Made by a program: the position numbers and the translations under genes. From the human T2T-CHM13v2.0 reference genome, Homo sapiens: a stretch of DNA of 64,000 nt. Positions within the stretch are counted from its first letter, which is position 1. Each line of letters starts with the position of its first letter. Of the stretch, positions 1-15,814 are shown one piece after another. The stretch lies in the NCBI RefSeq assembly GCF_009914755.1, contig NC_060940.1. One strand, 5' to 3'. The notes under the pieces are model-generated. The model was not told the DNA's origin and searched no databases. It saw nothing but the letters and a program-made list of their open reading frames with translations.

Positions 1-826
1 AAACCAGCTCTCCTTGTGAAGAGCCAGAGTTAAGTGGACTAAGGGGCTGATGGGAAAGTGGCGTGCGCTGGATGAGCGTCTTGGGGGTGCATCACGGCAT
101 CAGAGTGCGAGTTAAAGTGGTGGGTTCTCCAGCGGCACGTCACTGGGAAGCTTTGCTAAAGGCTGGCTGGCCCCACATCAGGGTGCGCGTCAGGTGAGGG
201 TTTACTTGACCCTCAGACTTGGCTCGCAGGAGTTCCCCAGAAGGCGTGAGTGGCCTGGCCCGTCTAACGTGCTCTCCTCTTCTCTACTGATGGGACTTCT
301 AAGGACACTTAGTGGGAAATCCCTTTCTAGGGATTGCCCGCCTCCCTGGTTACTGCTGATTGGTGCACTGTGGGCACTTGGCCCGAGCTGGACTTTGAGG
401 CCCCTCCCTGAGTCTGGACTTGGGACAGGGAGCAGGAGCAGGCCGTCCTAACCTGGCCGTGCTCTCCTGGGAGACTGTGGGATACCCCAGCGGCCTCAGG
501 TTAAGTGCACTTCTAACTTCAGCTGGTCTGGGCTGATTCCACGGGTAACCACAACAGGGTCTCTGGTGGAAGAGCAGGGAAGCGCCTTGCACCAAGTCTG
601 GGGAAGAGATGTCTCTGCAGTGTAGAGTTCCGAGTGTTGTTCCCTCTTGATTACTTCTCTTCCTGCTTGAACTCATTACTAAATTAGTTCCAGCACAATC
701 TTAGATTTTCTTAGAAGGATTAGGCATTTCTGCTCTTAAATATTCTGACTCACAAGACTTGATCAACTGATACCTGGGTTTCATTTTATGCCTGGATAAT
801 CTATTTTGCTAGCTGTTTCTATCTTT

Positions 827-953
827 CTTTTATTCAAGAGATGGGGTCTTGCTATGTTGCCCAGGCTAGACTCAAACTCCTGGGCTCAAGTGATTCTCCT
901 GACTCGGCCTCCCAAGTAGGTGGGACTACAGGTGCATGTCACCATGCCTGGCT
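827..953 (-). mobile_element. Alu monomer (FLAM/AluJ-like)
   Basis: Reverse-complement Alu left-arm sequence (gatggggtcttgctatgttgcccaggct...accatgcctggc). Confidence 0.75.
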
Positions 954-1209
954 TACTTGTTTCTCAACACAGTCAAGCTGAGAATTACAAAAGTCAATGA
1001 TCCTGAGTTATTTTATACTAATGTGGGATTGGCAGATGGTTCCACTGCAGAAAGTAGGAAAGATCACCAAAGAAGTAGAAATCTGGGGACAGGCCAATGT
1101 CATTAGGTGGGAATTAAACAGAAAAATGGAAGAAAAATCATCCAGAAGAAGGGAACAACCTGATAAAAAAAAAACTTGGCGAATAATATGATTAGAAATA
1201 GAAATACAA

Positions 1210-1530
<321 letters not shown>

Positions 1531-1798
1531 TCATCCTTGATAGCAAGAGAAACATAAATGAAAATTCTAAGAAACACTTAGACCCACCAGGGAGCTGTTC
1601 TGGATGAAAACACTCTGAGATACTACTTTCCTGAGCAGTTCTGCTACTCACACGCAACTCTCTAGGGAGAGAGGCTGGTGTGCACTATGAGCCGGCCCAG
1701 GCCCCAAGGACAGTGGTTTGGGCATCCGCTAAGCCACAGGGCATGCCCCGGGACCCATCTGCACCCCCTTCTTGGTGCTTTCTAAATGTACACAGGTG

Positions 1799-4317
1799 AG
1801 GGCAAGGAGCAGCCGCCTGCCTTGGCCTCCCAAAGTGCCGAGATTGCAGCCTCTGCCCGGCCGCCACCCCGTCTGGGAAGTGAGGAGTGTCTCTGCCTGG
1901 CCGCCCATCGTCTGGGATGTGAGGAGCCCCTCTGCCTGGTTGCCCAGTCTGGAAAGTGAGGAGCGTCTCCGCCCGGCCGCCATCCCATCTAGGAAGTGAG
2001 GAGCGCCTCTTCCCAGCCGCCATCACATCTAGGAAGTGAGGAGCGTCTCTGCCCGGCCGCCCATCGTCTGAGATGTGGGGAGCGCCTCTGCCCCGCCGCC
2101 CCATCTGGGATGTGAGGAGCGCCTCTGCCCGGCCGAGACCCCGTCTGGGAGGTGAGGAGCGTCTCTGCCCGGCCGCCCCGTCTGAGAAGTGAGGAGACCC
2201 TCTGCCTGGCAACCACCCCATCTGAGAAGTGAGGAGCCCCTCCGCCCGGCAGCTGCCCCGTCTGAGAAGTGAGGAGCCTCTCCGCCCAGCAGCCACCCCA
2301 TCTGGGAAGTGAGGAGCATCTCCGCCCGGCAGCCACCCCGTCCGGGAGGGAGGTGGGGGGGGTCAGCCCCCGCCAGGCCAGCCGCCCCATCCGGGAGGGA
2401 GGTGGGGGGGTCAGCCCCCCGCCTGGCCAGCCGTGCCGTCCGGGAGGGAGGTGGGGGGGTCAGCCCCCCGCCTGGCCAGCCGTGCCGTCCGGGAGGGAGG
2501 TGGGGGGGTCAGCCCCCCGCCCGGCCAGCCGCCCCGTCCGGGAGGTGAGGGGCGCCTCTGCCCGGCCGCCCCTACTGGGAAGTGAGGAGCCCCTCAGCCC
2601 GGCCAGCCACCCCGTCCGGGAGGGAGATGGGGGGGTCAGCCCCCCCACCCGGCCAGCCGCCCCGTCCGGGAGGGAGGTGGGGGGGTCAGCCCCCCGCCTG
2701 GCCAGCCGCCCCGTCCGGGAGGGAGATGGGGGGGTCAGCCCCCCGCCCGGCCAGCCGCCCTGTCCGGGAGGGAGGTGGGGGGGTCAGCCCTCCGTCCGGC
2801 CAGCCGCCCCGTCTGGGAGGTGAGGGGCGCCTCTGCCCGGCCGCCCCTACTGGGAAGTGAGGAGCCCCCCCGCCCGGCCAGCCGCCCCGTCCGGGAGGGA
2901 GGTGGGGGGGTCGGCCCCCCGCCCGGCCAGCCGCCCCGTCCGGGAGGGAGGTGGGGGTGTCGGCCCCCCGCCCGGCCAGCCGCCCCGTCCGGGAGGGAGG
3001 TGGGGGGGTCGGCCCCCCGCCCGGCCAGCCGCCCCGTCCGGGAGGGAGGTGGGGGGGGGGCCAGCCCCCCTGCCCGGCCAGCCGCCCCGTCCGGGAGGTG
3101 AGGGGCGCCTCTGCCCGGCCGCCCCTACTGGGAAGTGAGGAGCCCCTCTGCCCGGCCAGCCGCCCCGTCCGGGAGGGAGGTGGGGGGGTCGGCCCCCCGC
3201 CGGGCCAGCCACCCCGTCCGGGAGGGAGGTGGGGGGGTCGGCCCCCCACCCGGCCAGCCGCCCCGTCCGGGAGGGAGGTGGGGGGGGTCGGCCCCCCGCC
3301 CGGGAGGGAGGTGGGGGTGTCGGCCCCCCGCCCGGCCAGCCGCCCCGTCCGGGAGGGAGGTGGGGGGGGGGTCAGCCCCCCTGCCCGGCCAGCCGCCCCG
3401 TCCGGGAGGTGAGGGGCGCCTCTGCCCGGCCGCCCCTACTGGGAAGTGAGGAGCCCCTCTGCCCGGCCAGCCGCCCCGTCCGGGAGGGAGGTGGGGGGGG
3501 TCAGCCCCCCCGCCCGGCCAGCCGCCCCGTCCGGGAGGTGAGGGGCGCCTCTGCCCGGCCGCCCCTACTGGGAAGTGAGGAGCCCCTCTGCCCGGCCAGC
3601 CGCCCCGTCCGGGAGGGAGGTGGGGGTGTCAGCCCCCCGCCCGGCCAGCCGCCCCGTCCAGGAGGGAGGTGGGGGGGTCAGCCCCCCTGCCCGGCCAGCC
3701 GCCCCGTCCGGGAGGTGAGGGGCGCCTCTGCCCGGCCGCCCCTACTGGGAAGTGAGGAGCCCCTCTGCCCGGCCACCACCCCGTCTGGGAGGTGTACCCA
3801 ACAGCTCATTGAGAACGGGCCAGGATGACAATGGCGGCTTTGTGGAATAGAAAGGCGGGAAAGGTGGGGAAAAGATTGAGAAATCGGATGGTTGCCGTGT
3901 CTGTGTAGAAAGTAGAAGACATGGGAGACTTTTCATTTTGTTCTGCACTAAGAAAAATTCCTCTGCCTTGGGATCCTGTTGATCTGTGACCTTACCCCCA
4001 ACCCTGTGCTCTCTGAAACATGTGCTGTGTCCACTCAGGGTTGAATGGATTAAGGGCGGTGCAAGATGTGCTTTGTTAAACAGATGCTTGAAGGCAGCAT
4101 GCTCGTTAAGAGTCATCACCAATCCCTAATCTCAAGTAATCAGGGACACAAACACTGCGGAAGGCCGCAGGGTCCTCTGCCTAGGAAAACCAGAGACCTT
4201 TGTTCACTTGTTTATCTGCTGACCTTCCCTCCACTATTGTCCCATGACCCTGCCAAATCCCCCTCTGTGAGAAACACCCAAGAATTATCAATAAAAAAAT
4301 AAATTTAAAAAAAAAAA
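1799..4317 (+). mobile_element. SVA_F1 (MAST2-fused SVA_F) retrotransposon, 5'-truncated, antisense in IFT140 intron 4
   Basis: Alu-like segment from 1813, GC-rich VNTR ~1860-3790, SINE-R ~3790-4295, AATAAA 4290-4295, poly(A); 15-bp TSD AAATGTACACAGGTG at 1784-1798 and 4318-4332; 5' end (G)AGGGCAAGGAGCAG matches my recollection of the MAST2 exon 1 end (EGKEQ). Confidence 0.93.
1860..3790 (+). repeat. SVA VNTR (~35-50 bp GC-rich units)
   Basis: Tandem units gcccggccagccgccccgtccgggagggaggtggggggg and ctactgggaagtgaggagccc. Confidence 0.95.
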
Positions 4318-4334
4318 AAATGTACACAGGTGCA

Positions 4335-4820
4335 AAATGGCAAAAGCATAAGGTTACTCACTGCACCATTGTCTAATTAGCAAAAGATTGAAAACCACCA
4401 AAATGTTAATCAACAGGGGGCTGGTTCAGTAAATTACAACATTCATATAAAGAAGAGCCGGTTTAAAGAAAACAAGGAAGTTTACTGTTTACCCATATGG
4501 AAGAATCACCAGGATACGCTGTAAAATGAAAAAGCAAGAGACATGACAGTGTGTATAGGATGCCACCACTGATGTGAAAAAGAATGAGGAAATCAGGAGA
4601 CAATGTCCTCTACGTGATATTTCTGCCAAAAACGTTTGAAATGAAAGTATTATGAGGAGACAAACACAGCCAACTTGAGTGAGAGTCTATAAAACAACCA
4701 GTCTACATCCTCAAAATGTAAATTTCATGAAAGACCAAAAAAAAAAAAGGGAGGAAAAAAGGAAGGAATGCAGGCAACTAACCAACCAACTGACCAGGGA
4801 ATTGTTCTTGATTAAAAAAA
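4335..4820 (+). mobile_element. Old L1 (L1M) 3' fragment
   Basis: A-rich degenerate L1 3'-UTR-like sequence (cactgcaccattgtctaattagcaaaagattgaaaaccaccaaaatgtt...). Confidence 0.45.
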
Positions 4821-4825
4821 ACTAG

Positions 4826-5130
<305 letters not shown>

Positions 5131-5739
5131 CTAGAGAGAAATAACAGAAATGCAACGTATGAGCCTTTACTGGATTCCTGCTCTAAAGGACATTCCTGGG
5201 ACAGCTGGAGAAATGTGAACATAAACTGCATCTTGGATGTCAGCACTGTCACTGTTACATTTCCTGGAGTGTGAGAACTCTACTGTGCCTGGGTAGGGAA
5301 TGCCCTAGGCCTCAGGAGAGTGGCGTCTAAGCATGTAGGGCTGAAGCATCGTTATCTGTGATAAACTCACAAATACTCAGGTAAAATACCCACGTAGCTG
5401 GAGGGAAAGCAGACCTGGCAGTGGGAACAGCGGGCGAATCGACATGGAGGGTGGATGCGTGTCCTTGCACTGTTCTTTCAACTCCTCTCATAATGTAGAA
5501 ATTTCAAATCTCAAGTGAGAGAAAGAATGCACTTGTGTGTGCCTGAAGCAGCAGGATAGGTGGTAAGAATGCACTTGTGTGTGCTGGAAGGCAGCAGCCA
5601 GGGGACTGAGGAGACAGGACATGGCTCAGTCTTCACTCTAGATGCCTGTTACCCTTTTTGAATCTTGGAACATGTGAATGTGTTACCTGTGGTTATTTAA
5701 GTAAACACATTGTAACATTTCTGCCATATATTTGTGATT

Positions 5740-5929
5740 CAGTTGCCTCTGCACCATGTCGCTATGCTGTGGGTCTGTCCTGTGTACTGTGTGATGGTGG
5801 GCAGCATCCACCACCCACCCACAGGGGTCCAGCTGAATCCTCCCCCAAAATTGTGACAACAGAAAATGTGACTGGACACTGCCCCATGTCCCCTGGGGGG
5901 CAGAACCAACCCTGGTTAAGAAGCCCTGA
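5740..5929 (-). mobile_element. MER20-like hAT DNA transposon remnant
   Basis: ttgtgacaacagaaaatgtgactggacactgccccatgtcccctgggggcagaacc...ctggttaagaagccctg resembles the reverse complement of the MER20 start. Confidence 0.6.
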
Positions 5930-6176
5930 GCTAGACAAACAGGCCTAGGGAAAAGTGACAGTATCTGGGCACGTATCTTTACGAATGCAGTTTCCCAGCA
6001 AAGTTCATTTATAAAGGTGCAGACACACCTTTGCCACAGAGTGGCAAATTTTCAAGCCTTGCTTCCAATATAAAACAAAATCTACAATTGCATCTGACAA
6101 GATCAACTGAATTTGGCAACAGCACGGTTCCCATATTTTGATCTTTCATACTCTCGAGCATGGTCAGAAAGGGTCA

Positions 6177-6479
<303 letters not shown>

Positions 6480-6502
6480 CTACTTTTAAGAACTTCTGTC
6501 TA

Positions 6503-7073
<571 letters not shown>

Positions 7074-7327
7074 CTAAAACCTTATCTACAAAAACCACCA
7101 GCGAGCCAGCAGGTGAGGTTTGTGGCCCCAGGGATCTCAAAGTGTTGTCCAGAGACCCCAGGACCCTTTCAGGGATCTGAAAGGTGAAAATTATTTTCAG
7201 AATAATAGTGACAGGTTAGTGCCATTCATACTCTCCTTCTTTCACGCGTCTACAGTGGAGCTTTTCAAAGGCTGTGTGATGTGGTGATGTCACTAATGAC
7301 AGCTTGTGAGATATGTGCTGCGTTTCC

Positions 7328-7623
7328 TCTTTTTTTTTTTCTGAGATGGATTCTCACTCTGTAGCCCAGGCTGGAGTGCTGCAGTGGCATGATCTGAGCT
7401 CACCGCAACCTCCGCCTCCAAGGTTCAAGCGATTCTCCTGCCTCAGCCTCCCAAGTAGCTGAGACTACAGGCGCGCCACCAAGCCCAGCTAATTTTTGTA
7501 TTTTTAGTAGAGACAGTGTTTCATCATATTGGCCAGGCTGGTCTCAAACTCCTGACTTCATGATCTGCCCGCCTCGGCCTCCCAAAGTGCAGGGATTACA
7601 GGCGTGAGCCACCGTGCCCGGCC
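7328..7623 (-). mobile_element. AluS-like SINE
   Basis: Reverse Alu dimer; imperfect TSD atgtgctgcgtttcct/atgtgctgtgttttct. Confidence 0.88.
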
Positions 7624-8115
7624 ATGTGCTGTGTTTTCTAAAATTTTCTAAAGCAGCAGCTTTGGGGAAGATATAAGTGCGTTTTCAGAGATTAACTTGG
7701 TTTGCCCCCAGTTGTTCCACTGGGCTTAGGAGCCATCTTCTGTGATCTCATCATTGTCCAATAGATCACTATTTTGAAATCCTGAAGTTTTCCTTGTGCC
7801 AACTGGAAACACAGAAATATGCTATTGACTAGTTTTATAATAGTATGCTTTAGATCTTCTAAATTTAAAAATTTTACCTAAAATTGCTATAACTTTGGAA
7901 TTTAATAATATTTATTTTAAAAAATATCCCATTTACCATATATGTTATAGGCTCCTGCAAGGGAGAATCTACCCAAAAAAATGGGCAAAAGTGGGGTTGG
8001 TGCTGGGGCTGGACTGAGCCCTAAGTCTGGCACGGCCTTCGCAAAGCTGCCAGTATATGGAGGAGCCTGCTGGCAACAGGGGAGCCGCTGACCAGCGCTG
8101 CATCGCGCTGCAAGG

Positions 8116-8117
<2 letters not shown>

Positions 8118-8164
<47 letters not shown>
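8118..8164 (+). repeat. (GT)~23 microsatellite
   Basis: Perfect dinucleotide run. Confidence 0.97.
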
Positions 8165-8165
<1 letters not shown>

Positions 8166-8219
8166 AGGGGGGAGCAGTTCCTAAGGGGCCACTTAGCCAC
8201 TTTCACCTGAAGGATTAAT

Positions 8220-9235
8220 GCATTAATTACAAAAATGGATGAAGGAGTGTCTTCTTTGCAGGTGGCACAGCATGTGCAGGGCTGGAAGGCCGAGGAAGGC
8301 TGTGCAAGGCTGTGTCAGCATCAAGGAAGGTGAGCCTGATGTGACAGGTGACAGAGCCAGACCTGGGAGGCGCTAGGGGCCACATCAGGGACTCCATGTT
8401 CACCCAAAGAGCAGCACAGGGCCGGGGAGGTGGGAGCAGGGAGTGATTCCATCTGTGATGCCAAGACAGGCCAGGCCTGGTTGCCGTGTAAAGTAGAGGA
8501 GGCCTGTGAGGGCACAGCTGCCACAGTAGGAAGCTGTACTGGTGTCCAGGAGAGGGGGATGGGAACCTGGAGGAGGGAAGGGCGGTTGGAAGGGCAAGCA
8601 GCAGCAGACTCGCCAGAGGTTCCGGGGGAGAAACTGGGAGGATCTAGTGATGGATTACAAGGTAGGGGAGTGGGAAATGTCAACAGTCATGCCCAGGTTC
8701 TTGTTCTAGAAACCAGGATAAAGGGGGTGACTTTCATTGAGATGGGAGGTGCCCATCTCAGTGAGCAGGAGATATGAGGCAGGGGAAGGGTGGGGGACAA
8801 TTTCAGTTCAGTTTTGTACAGTCTGAGGTCTCCTTGAAACACCCTAGAGATGTCAGGAAGGCAGCTGGGTCCCTAAGCTTACAGCTCAGAGGGAACTTCT
8901 AGGCAGGAGATGTATGTCTGCAAGCCACTGGGGATGCTCAGATCACAGGAGAAGGAAGAAATGGAGAGGAGCCCTGACCAAGCTCTGCAGAAGGCCATGG
9001 TGCTCACAAGCTGGAAATGGAGGAAGAGCTGGCAAAGCCATGGAGGCCGGGCAGGGAACGCCCTACCCCTGCGCTCTCGGGCATGTTTCCCAGAGGACTT
9101 CACAGGAGTGTGGTACAGACAAGGACCCCAAAACACTCAGGGGGTGACACCTAGAAGCAACTGATGACTGTCGCTGCTTGGGTGAAGTTGTGGTGGCAAT
9201 AGGGAGCCTGCAGAGGGCTGAAGAGTGAGTAGAGG
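8220..9235 (-). mobile_element. Degenerate L2 3' fragment
   Basis: Purine-rich L2-like motifs (gcacagcatgtgcagggctggaagg; agttcagttttgtacagtctgagg). Confidence 0.45.
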
Positions 9236-9250
9236 AGGAAACCTCATTTT

Positions 9251-9549
9251 CTTATTTATTTATATTTTTTGAGATGGAGTCTCACTCTGTTGCCCAGGCT
9301 GGAGTGCAGTGGCGTGATCTCGGCTCACAGCAAGCTCTGCCTCCTGGGTTCATGCCATTCTCCTGCCTCAGCCTCCTGAGTAGCTGGGACTACAGGTGCC
9401 CGCCACCACGCCCGGCTAATTCTTGTATTTTTAGTGGAGACGGGGTTTCACCGTGTTAGCCAGGATGGTCTTGATCTCCTGACCTCATGATCCACCCACC
9501 CCGGCCTCCCAAAGTGTTGGGATTACAGGCGTGAGCCACCGCACCTGGC
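9251..9549 (-). mobile_element. AluY-like SINE
   Basis: Reverse Alu; TSD acctcattttctt on both sides. Confidence 0.9.
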
Positions 9550-9632
9550 ACCTCATTTTCTTTATGGAATATGAGGTGCACTGGGCACCGAGAGGGTGAT
9601 TATCGAAGTCTGAGGAGCTTGGGGAACGTTTC

Positions 9633-10050
9633 TGTTAGGGGGTGAATTGTGTCCCCACAAAGATATGTGGAAGTCCTATCCCTGGTCCTTGTGACATGGC
9701 GTCCTTTGGAAACAGGGTCTTTGCAGATGTGGGTAAGCTCAGGTGAGGTCATTAGAGCAGGCCCTAGTTACATATGCCTGATGTCCTTTTAGGAAGAGGA
9801 GAAGAGACGCAGACATACAGAAGGGAAGGCCGGATGACACCAGAGGCAGGGCTGGAGCAGCGCATCTGCCAGCCAGGGAGCACCAAGGCTTGCTGGGAAC
9901 AGCAGGAGCAGGACAGCAGCTCGGGGCAGACACTCCCCTCAGCCTTCAGAGCCAGCGGGCCCTGCTGACACCTGATTTTGGAGTTCTCGCCTCCAGAGCT
10001 GCCAGAATACCTTCCTGTTGTTTAAAGCCACCCAGTTTGTGGAAATGATT
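9633..10050 (+). mobile_element. MLT1-type MaLR solo LTR
   Basis: tgttagggggtgaattgtgtcccc start; ggaaacagggtctttgcagatg and ttaaagccacccagtttgtgg motifs typical of MLT1. Confidence 0.7.
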
Positions 10051-10295
10051 AGAGTTCCAAATGGCCCCTATGGAGCGTGCAGGAGGGCACTGACAGAGGA
10101 AGATGCCTCAGGATCCACAAACAGCACTGTGGGGACATTTCTGGTGATGACTGTGAACTGATAGTGGCTTAATGCTGATAAGCATGAAGGATTCCTAAAC
10201 ATGTCCCCAAGCCACCAAAATAGCCAGCGTGAAAGAACTGCCCACATACTAGGGCTTTTATAACCCTGGGATTTGGCCTCTGTGAAAACTGATGA

Positions 10296-10631
<336 letters not shown>

Positions 10632-10658
10632 TAAGCTAGAGTAGAGTTCGTTTGAAAA

Positions 10659-10894
10659 TACACACACGCACCACACGCACACACACACACGTGTGCACAC
10701 ACACGCATACACCCCCCCACATACAAGCATACAGATGCACACACACACCCATATGCACACACCCACGTGTGCGCACACACACACAGATGCAGACATACAT
10801 ATGCGCATACACACACCAATACACATACACGCACACACAGATGCATGTATACACACACACACCCATAGGCACACACACACATGTGCACACACAC
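10659..10894 (+). repeat. Degenerate (CA)n tract, ~235 bp; (UG)n in IFT140 pre-mRNA
   Basis: Interrupted CA/TA/GC dinucleotide run. Confidence 0.9.
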
Positions 10895-10942
10895 AAGGAC
10901 AACAGCAACACAAACAACATGAGCCAGAAGCTACCACAGTCA

Positions 10943-11131
<189 letters not shown>

Positions 11132-11502
11132 TCAGCGCTGAAACCTGCAGGGAAAAAAAAATGACCAAGTCCAATCAGTTTTAAATAAAACAAACAATAT
11201 GACTGTACATGGAATGACGAAAAGGAAGCATCCCAAAGCCACCATCGGAAGACCATCGGCAACTTGAAAATGCCTTGCGGACTGAGCAGGCAACCTGATG
11301 CGAGGAGATCTCCAACAGGGAGACATGCAGAAGAGAAGCAGTTAGACCCGGAATCACCCAGGCTGTGACAGAAACGAATACAACTCATGGCCATCAAAGG
11401 AGGAAAGAAAGAAAAGGCCTGCAGCCTAACTACACACGCAATCCTCAGTAACTTTCATTCCAGTCACAATAAGGACAAGTTCTATTTCTGTAGTTCCCTT
11501 TA

Positions 11503-11785
<283 letters not shown>

Positions 11786-12205
11786 CCTTTTAAACAACAT
11801 TTTCAAACAAAATAAATGCAAACTGCTCCAGAAAAGAGTACTGGTACAGAAAAAAAACCAGTACTGAATTTCCAATAAAGCATAAAATCAAAGACTGTCT
11901 TTTACCTCTGACTCACAGGTGGTAGAAGACAGAAGTCTTCCTCTATTAGAGAGTCAAGAATGCACAGCCGCAGCAGCTGTGAGAAGTTGAGCTTGATCAC
12001 TTACGTGAACTTAATCTCTCTCTTTCATTCTTCCTTTCAGATCTGGAAAAGATATACACATCGTCCCTTTTCAGGCGGGTTAGGGTGATAAATAAAGTGA
12101 CGGTCTGGTTACTGCTCACTTTTTTACACCTCAGTCAATTTGGGGAAGTTAACTGGCAGAGAAGAACATACTTGTAGCCGGGTTTGCCACCATTTAAAAT
12201 TATAC

Positions 12206-13055
<850 letters not shown>

Positions 13056-14510
13056 CTAAGGGAAATTAGGATCTAATAAGTTTACTCTGTGAAAATATTT
13101 CTCTGAAAAATGAGTGATACATTAATACGACACTGTGCAATAACTATGAAGGCAAACGGCCCTAATTGCTTTCTTTCCTGCCTGGGGTTTTTCAAGGTTC
13201 CCCCCGGCTTTGGGTAAGGGAGCTCTCTCAGGGCTTGATGGCTTTACCTTTGTCGTGTGCTTCTTGCCCAGTGTCCCCACACAACGTTGCGCTTCTCCGT
13301 GGCTGCATTTAGACTTTACCGTAAATGTGAGTTTCACTGCTCACACATTGCCCCCCATATTATCTTCCCCAGAGAGCAGGAGGCACCCAGTATTCCCACC
13401 TCCTTACAACAGTGCCTTGCACAGAACAGGCCCTGCGCGGATGAAACTTAGCAAGGAGAGAGATTCTTCCTGTTGTATCAATATAAGAAACGGGTTCCAG
13501 GCCTGCCTGAATGAGTTCCATACACAATGCATTAATATAATTGTTCATAGTTCCTTTCAACGGCCTCTTAACAAGTTCCCAAAATGAGTATTATCAGTAT
13601 AATTTAAAAAGTTAACACAAGGAGGAGAGATGGCTGACAATAAAATAGTTATGTACTTGATGACAATCTGTAATAGCTTCAGGTCGGAAACAAGTACCTT
13701 TCCTTTTCTTGAAACAAAGTTCCAGTCTCTGGAACATAAAACCGGGAAATACATCAACTTTGGGGAACAGGAGAAAAACTGTATTTATTCTAACCGAAGT
13801 ACTCCTCTCACTTTCAGGCGTCCAGCGTCTCCAGAGCCTCTACAAGTGCCTCCATCAAACCAGCTTTTGGGAAAGAATCTGTTAAGCCCATTCAGCTAAG
13901 CGGCACGGGGTCACAGGGCTTTGAGTAGCCTTCCTCGGTGACGCTGAGTAGGGAACTCCGGGATGGGGCTCCACGGTGGACTCTCGGGGACAGGCACCCG
14001 GGGCCACCCTACAAAGCCTCGCCCTCCAGGCCACAGTCCAGAGCCTTCGGCCTGCGCAGGGTCCTCGCTGCATCCAGCGGACGGTACTGAGAAGCCATGC
14101 GCTGGCGGTTTGATGCAACACGACCCTCAGGGCCGACCCAGCGAGTGACCAAACATAGCATGTTTTTGTTTTGCATCTCTCGTTTGTCCCGTTTCGCCTC
14201 GGGGGTGTGATGGCGCCGCCCACCTCCCCACCCCGCCCATTCCAAAGGGACTCTCCCAGCTACCGGAATCAGCCGCGATTCGAGGCCGGGCGGGGGCGAC
14301 AGCCATAGTCCGACGAGCGACCTGGACCCCGCGCCAAGCCCGCCCCAGCCTCGATGGGACTCGCGAGGGGCCGCGGGGACTCGGCGGCGCCGGGATCGTG
14401 GGAGGAGACGGGAGGGTCCCGACGCCCGCCACCGGTCACATCCTCGGCCCCAAACCCCGGCCTGGCTCCTAAGGACCTGGGTCGGCCGCCCTAGCCCTAA
14501 GGCCACTCAC

Positions 14511-14700
14511 CTCTGCCAGGCCGCTGAGCCGCCGCGCGTTGCCGGGACAACGGCGCGCCAGGAACGCGGAAATAGCCGAAGGTGAGCGAGGCGGCCCCGA
14601 GGACTCCCGAAGCGCCCCGAGCGGCCGGAAAGAGCCGAAGGCGATCGGGCACGCACGTGCAGCTCCGAGGCCCGAGCGTCGGGGGCCAGGTTATTCCGCT
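14511..14700 (-). other. IFT140: IFT140 non-coding exon 2 (5'UTR, 190 nt)
   Basis: Acceptor CTTCTCTCTTGCAG| at 14700 and donor CAGAG|GTGAGT at 14511 on minus. Confidence 0.8.
14538..14551. promoter_or_regulatory. RFX X-box GTTGCCGGGACAAC
   Basis: Near-palindromic match to the X-box (GTTGCCATGGCAAC type) at the 5' end of a ciliary IFT gene. Confidence 0.75.
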
Positions 14701-15071
14701 CTGCAAGAGAGAAGCGGGACGAGCTTTTTCTAGGAGAGACGGCGGCGCAGGGCCGGCGTCTGGGTCCCCTTTGTGTGGAGGGCGCGCTGTCACAGCCCCG
14801 ATCAACCGCGGCATCCTCCCCTCCTGGGCGTGTTCCCTTCCCGTGCATCCCGAGGCGGAGCCTTTCCAGCACGCGGCGGTCTCGGCCCAGGCCTTCCCTG
14901 GGCTCCGCTTTTCTAGTTTCGGAGCGGAGGGCGTGGGTCAAGCGTTTCTGGGAAAGTCGATGCGCTCGGCAGTGTCCTGAGGTGTTGGGTGACTGAGGGC
15001 CTGTTCCATCGCCGGGCCCCGGACTCCACAGAGCCAAGCGAGGCAGGGAGCGCCCCCAAGAAAGCAGCTGG

Positions 15072-15759
<688 letters not shown>

Positions 15760-15814
15760 CTACGCTAACGTAGCGCAGAAGCACATACTCCACCCAGGAA
15801 AGGGTGCGCTTAAC

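Noticed and set aside
1685-4302. Many overlapping Pro/Gly/Arg-rich ORFs
   Set aside because: Translations of the SVA VNTR and SINE-R; stop-poor because of GC content
5523-5595. Direct duplication aagaatgcacttgtgtgtgc with ~42-bp period
   Set aside because: Two-copy local slippage duplication with no sign of function
13248-13469. Possible extra IFT140 5'UTR exon on minus (ACAACAG|GAAG ... AAAG|GTAAAG)
   Set aside because: Splice sites only moderate and no independent support; exon 14511-14700 already links to exon 3
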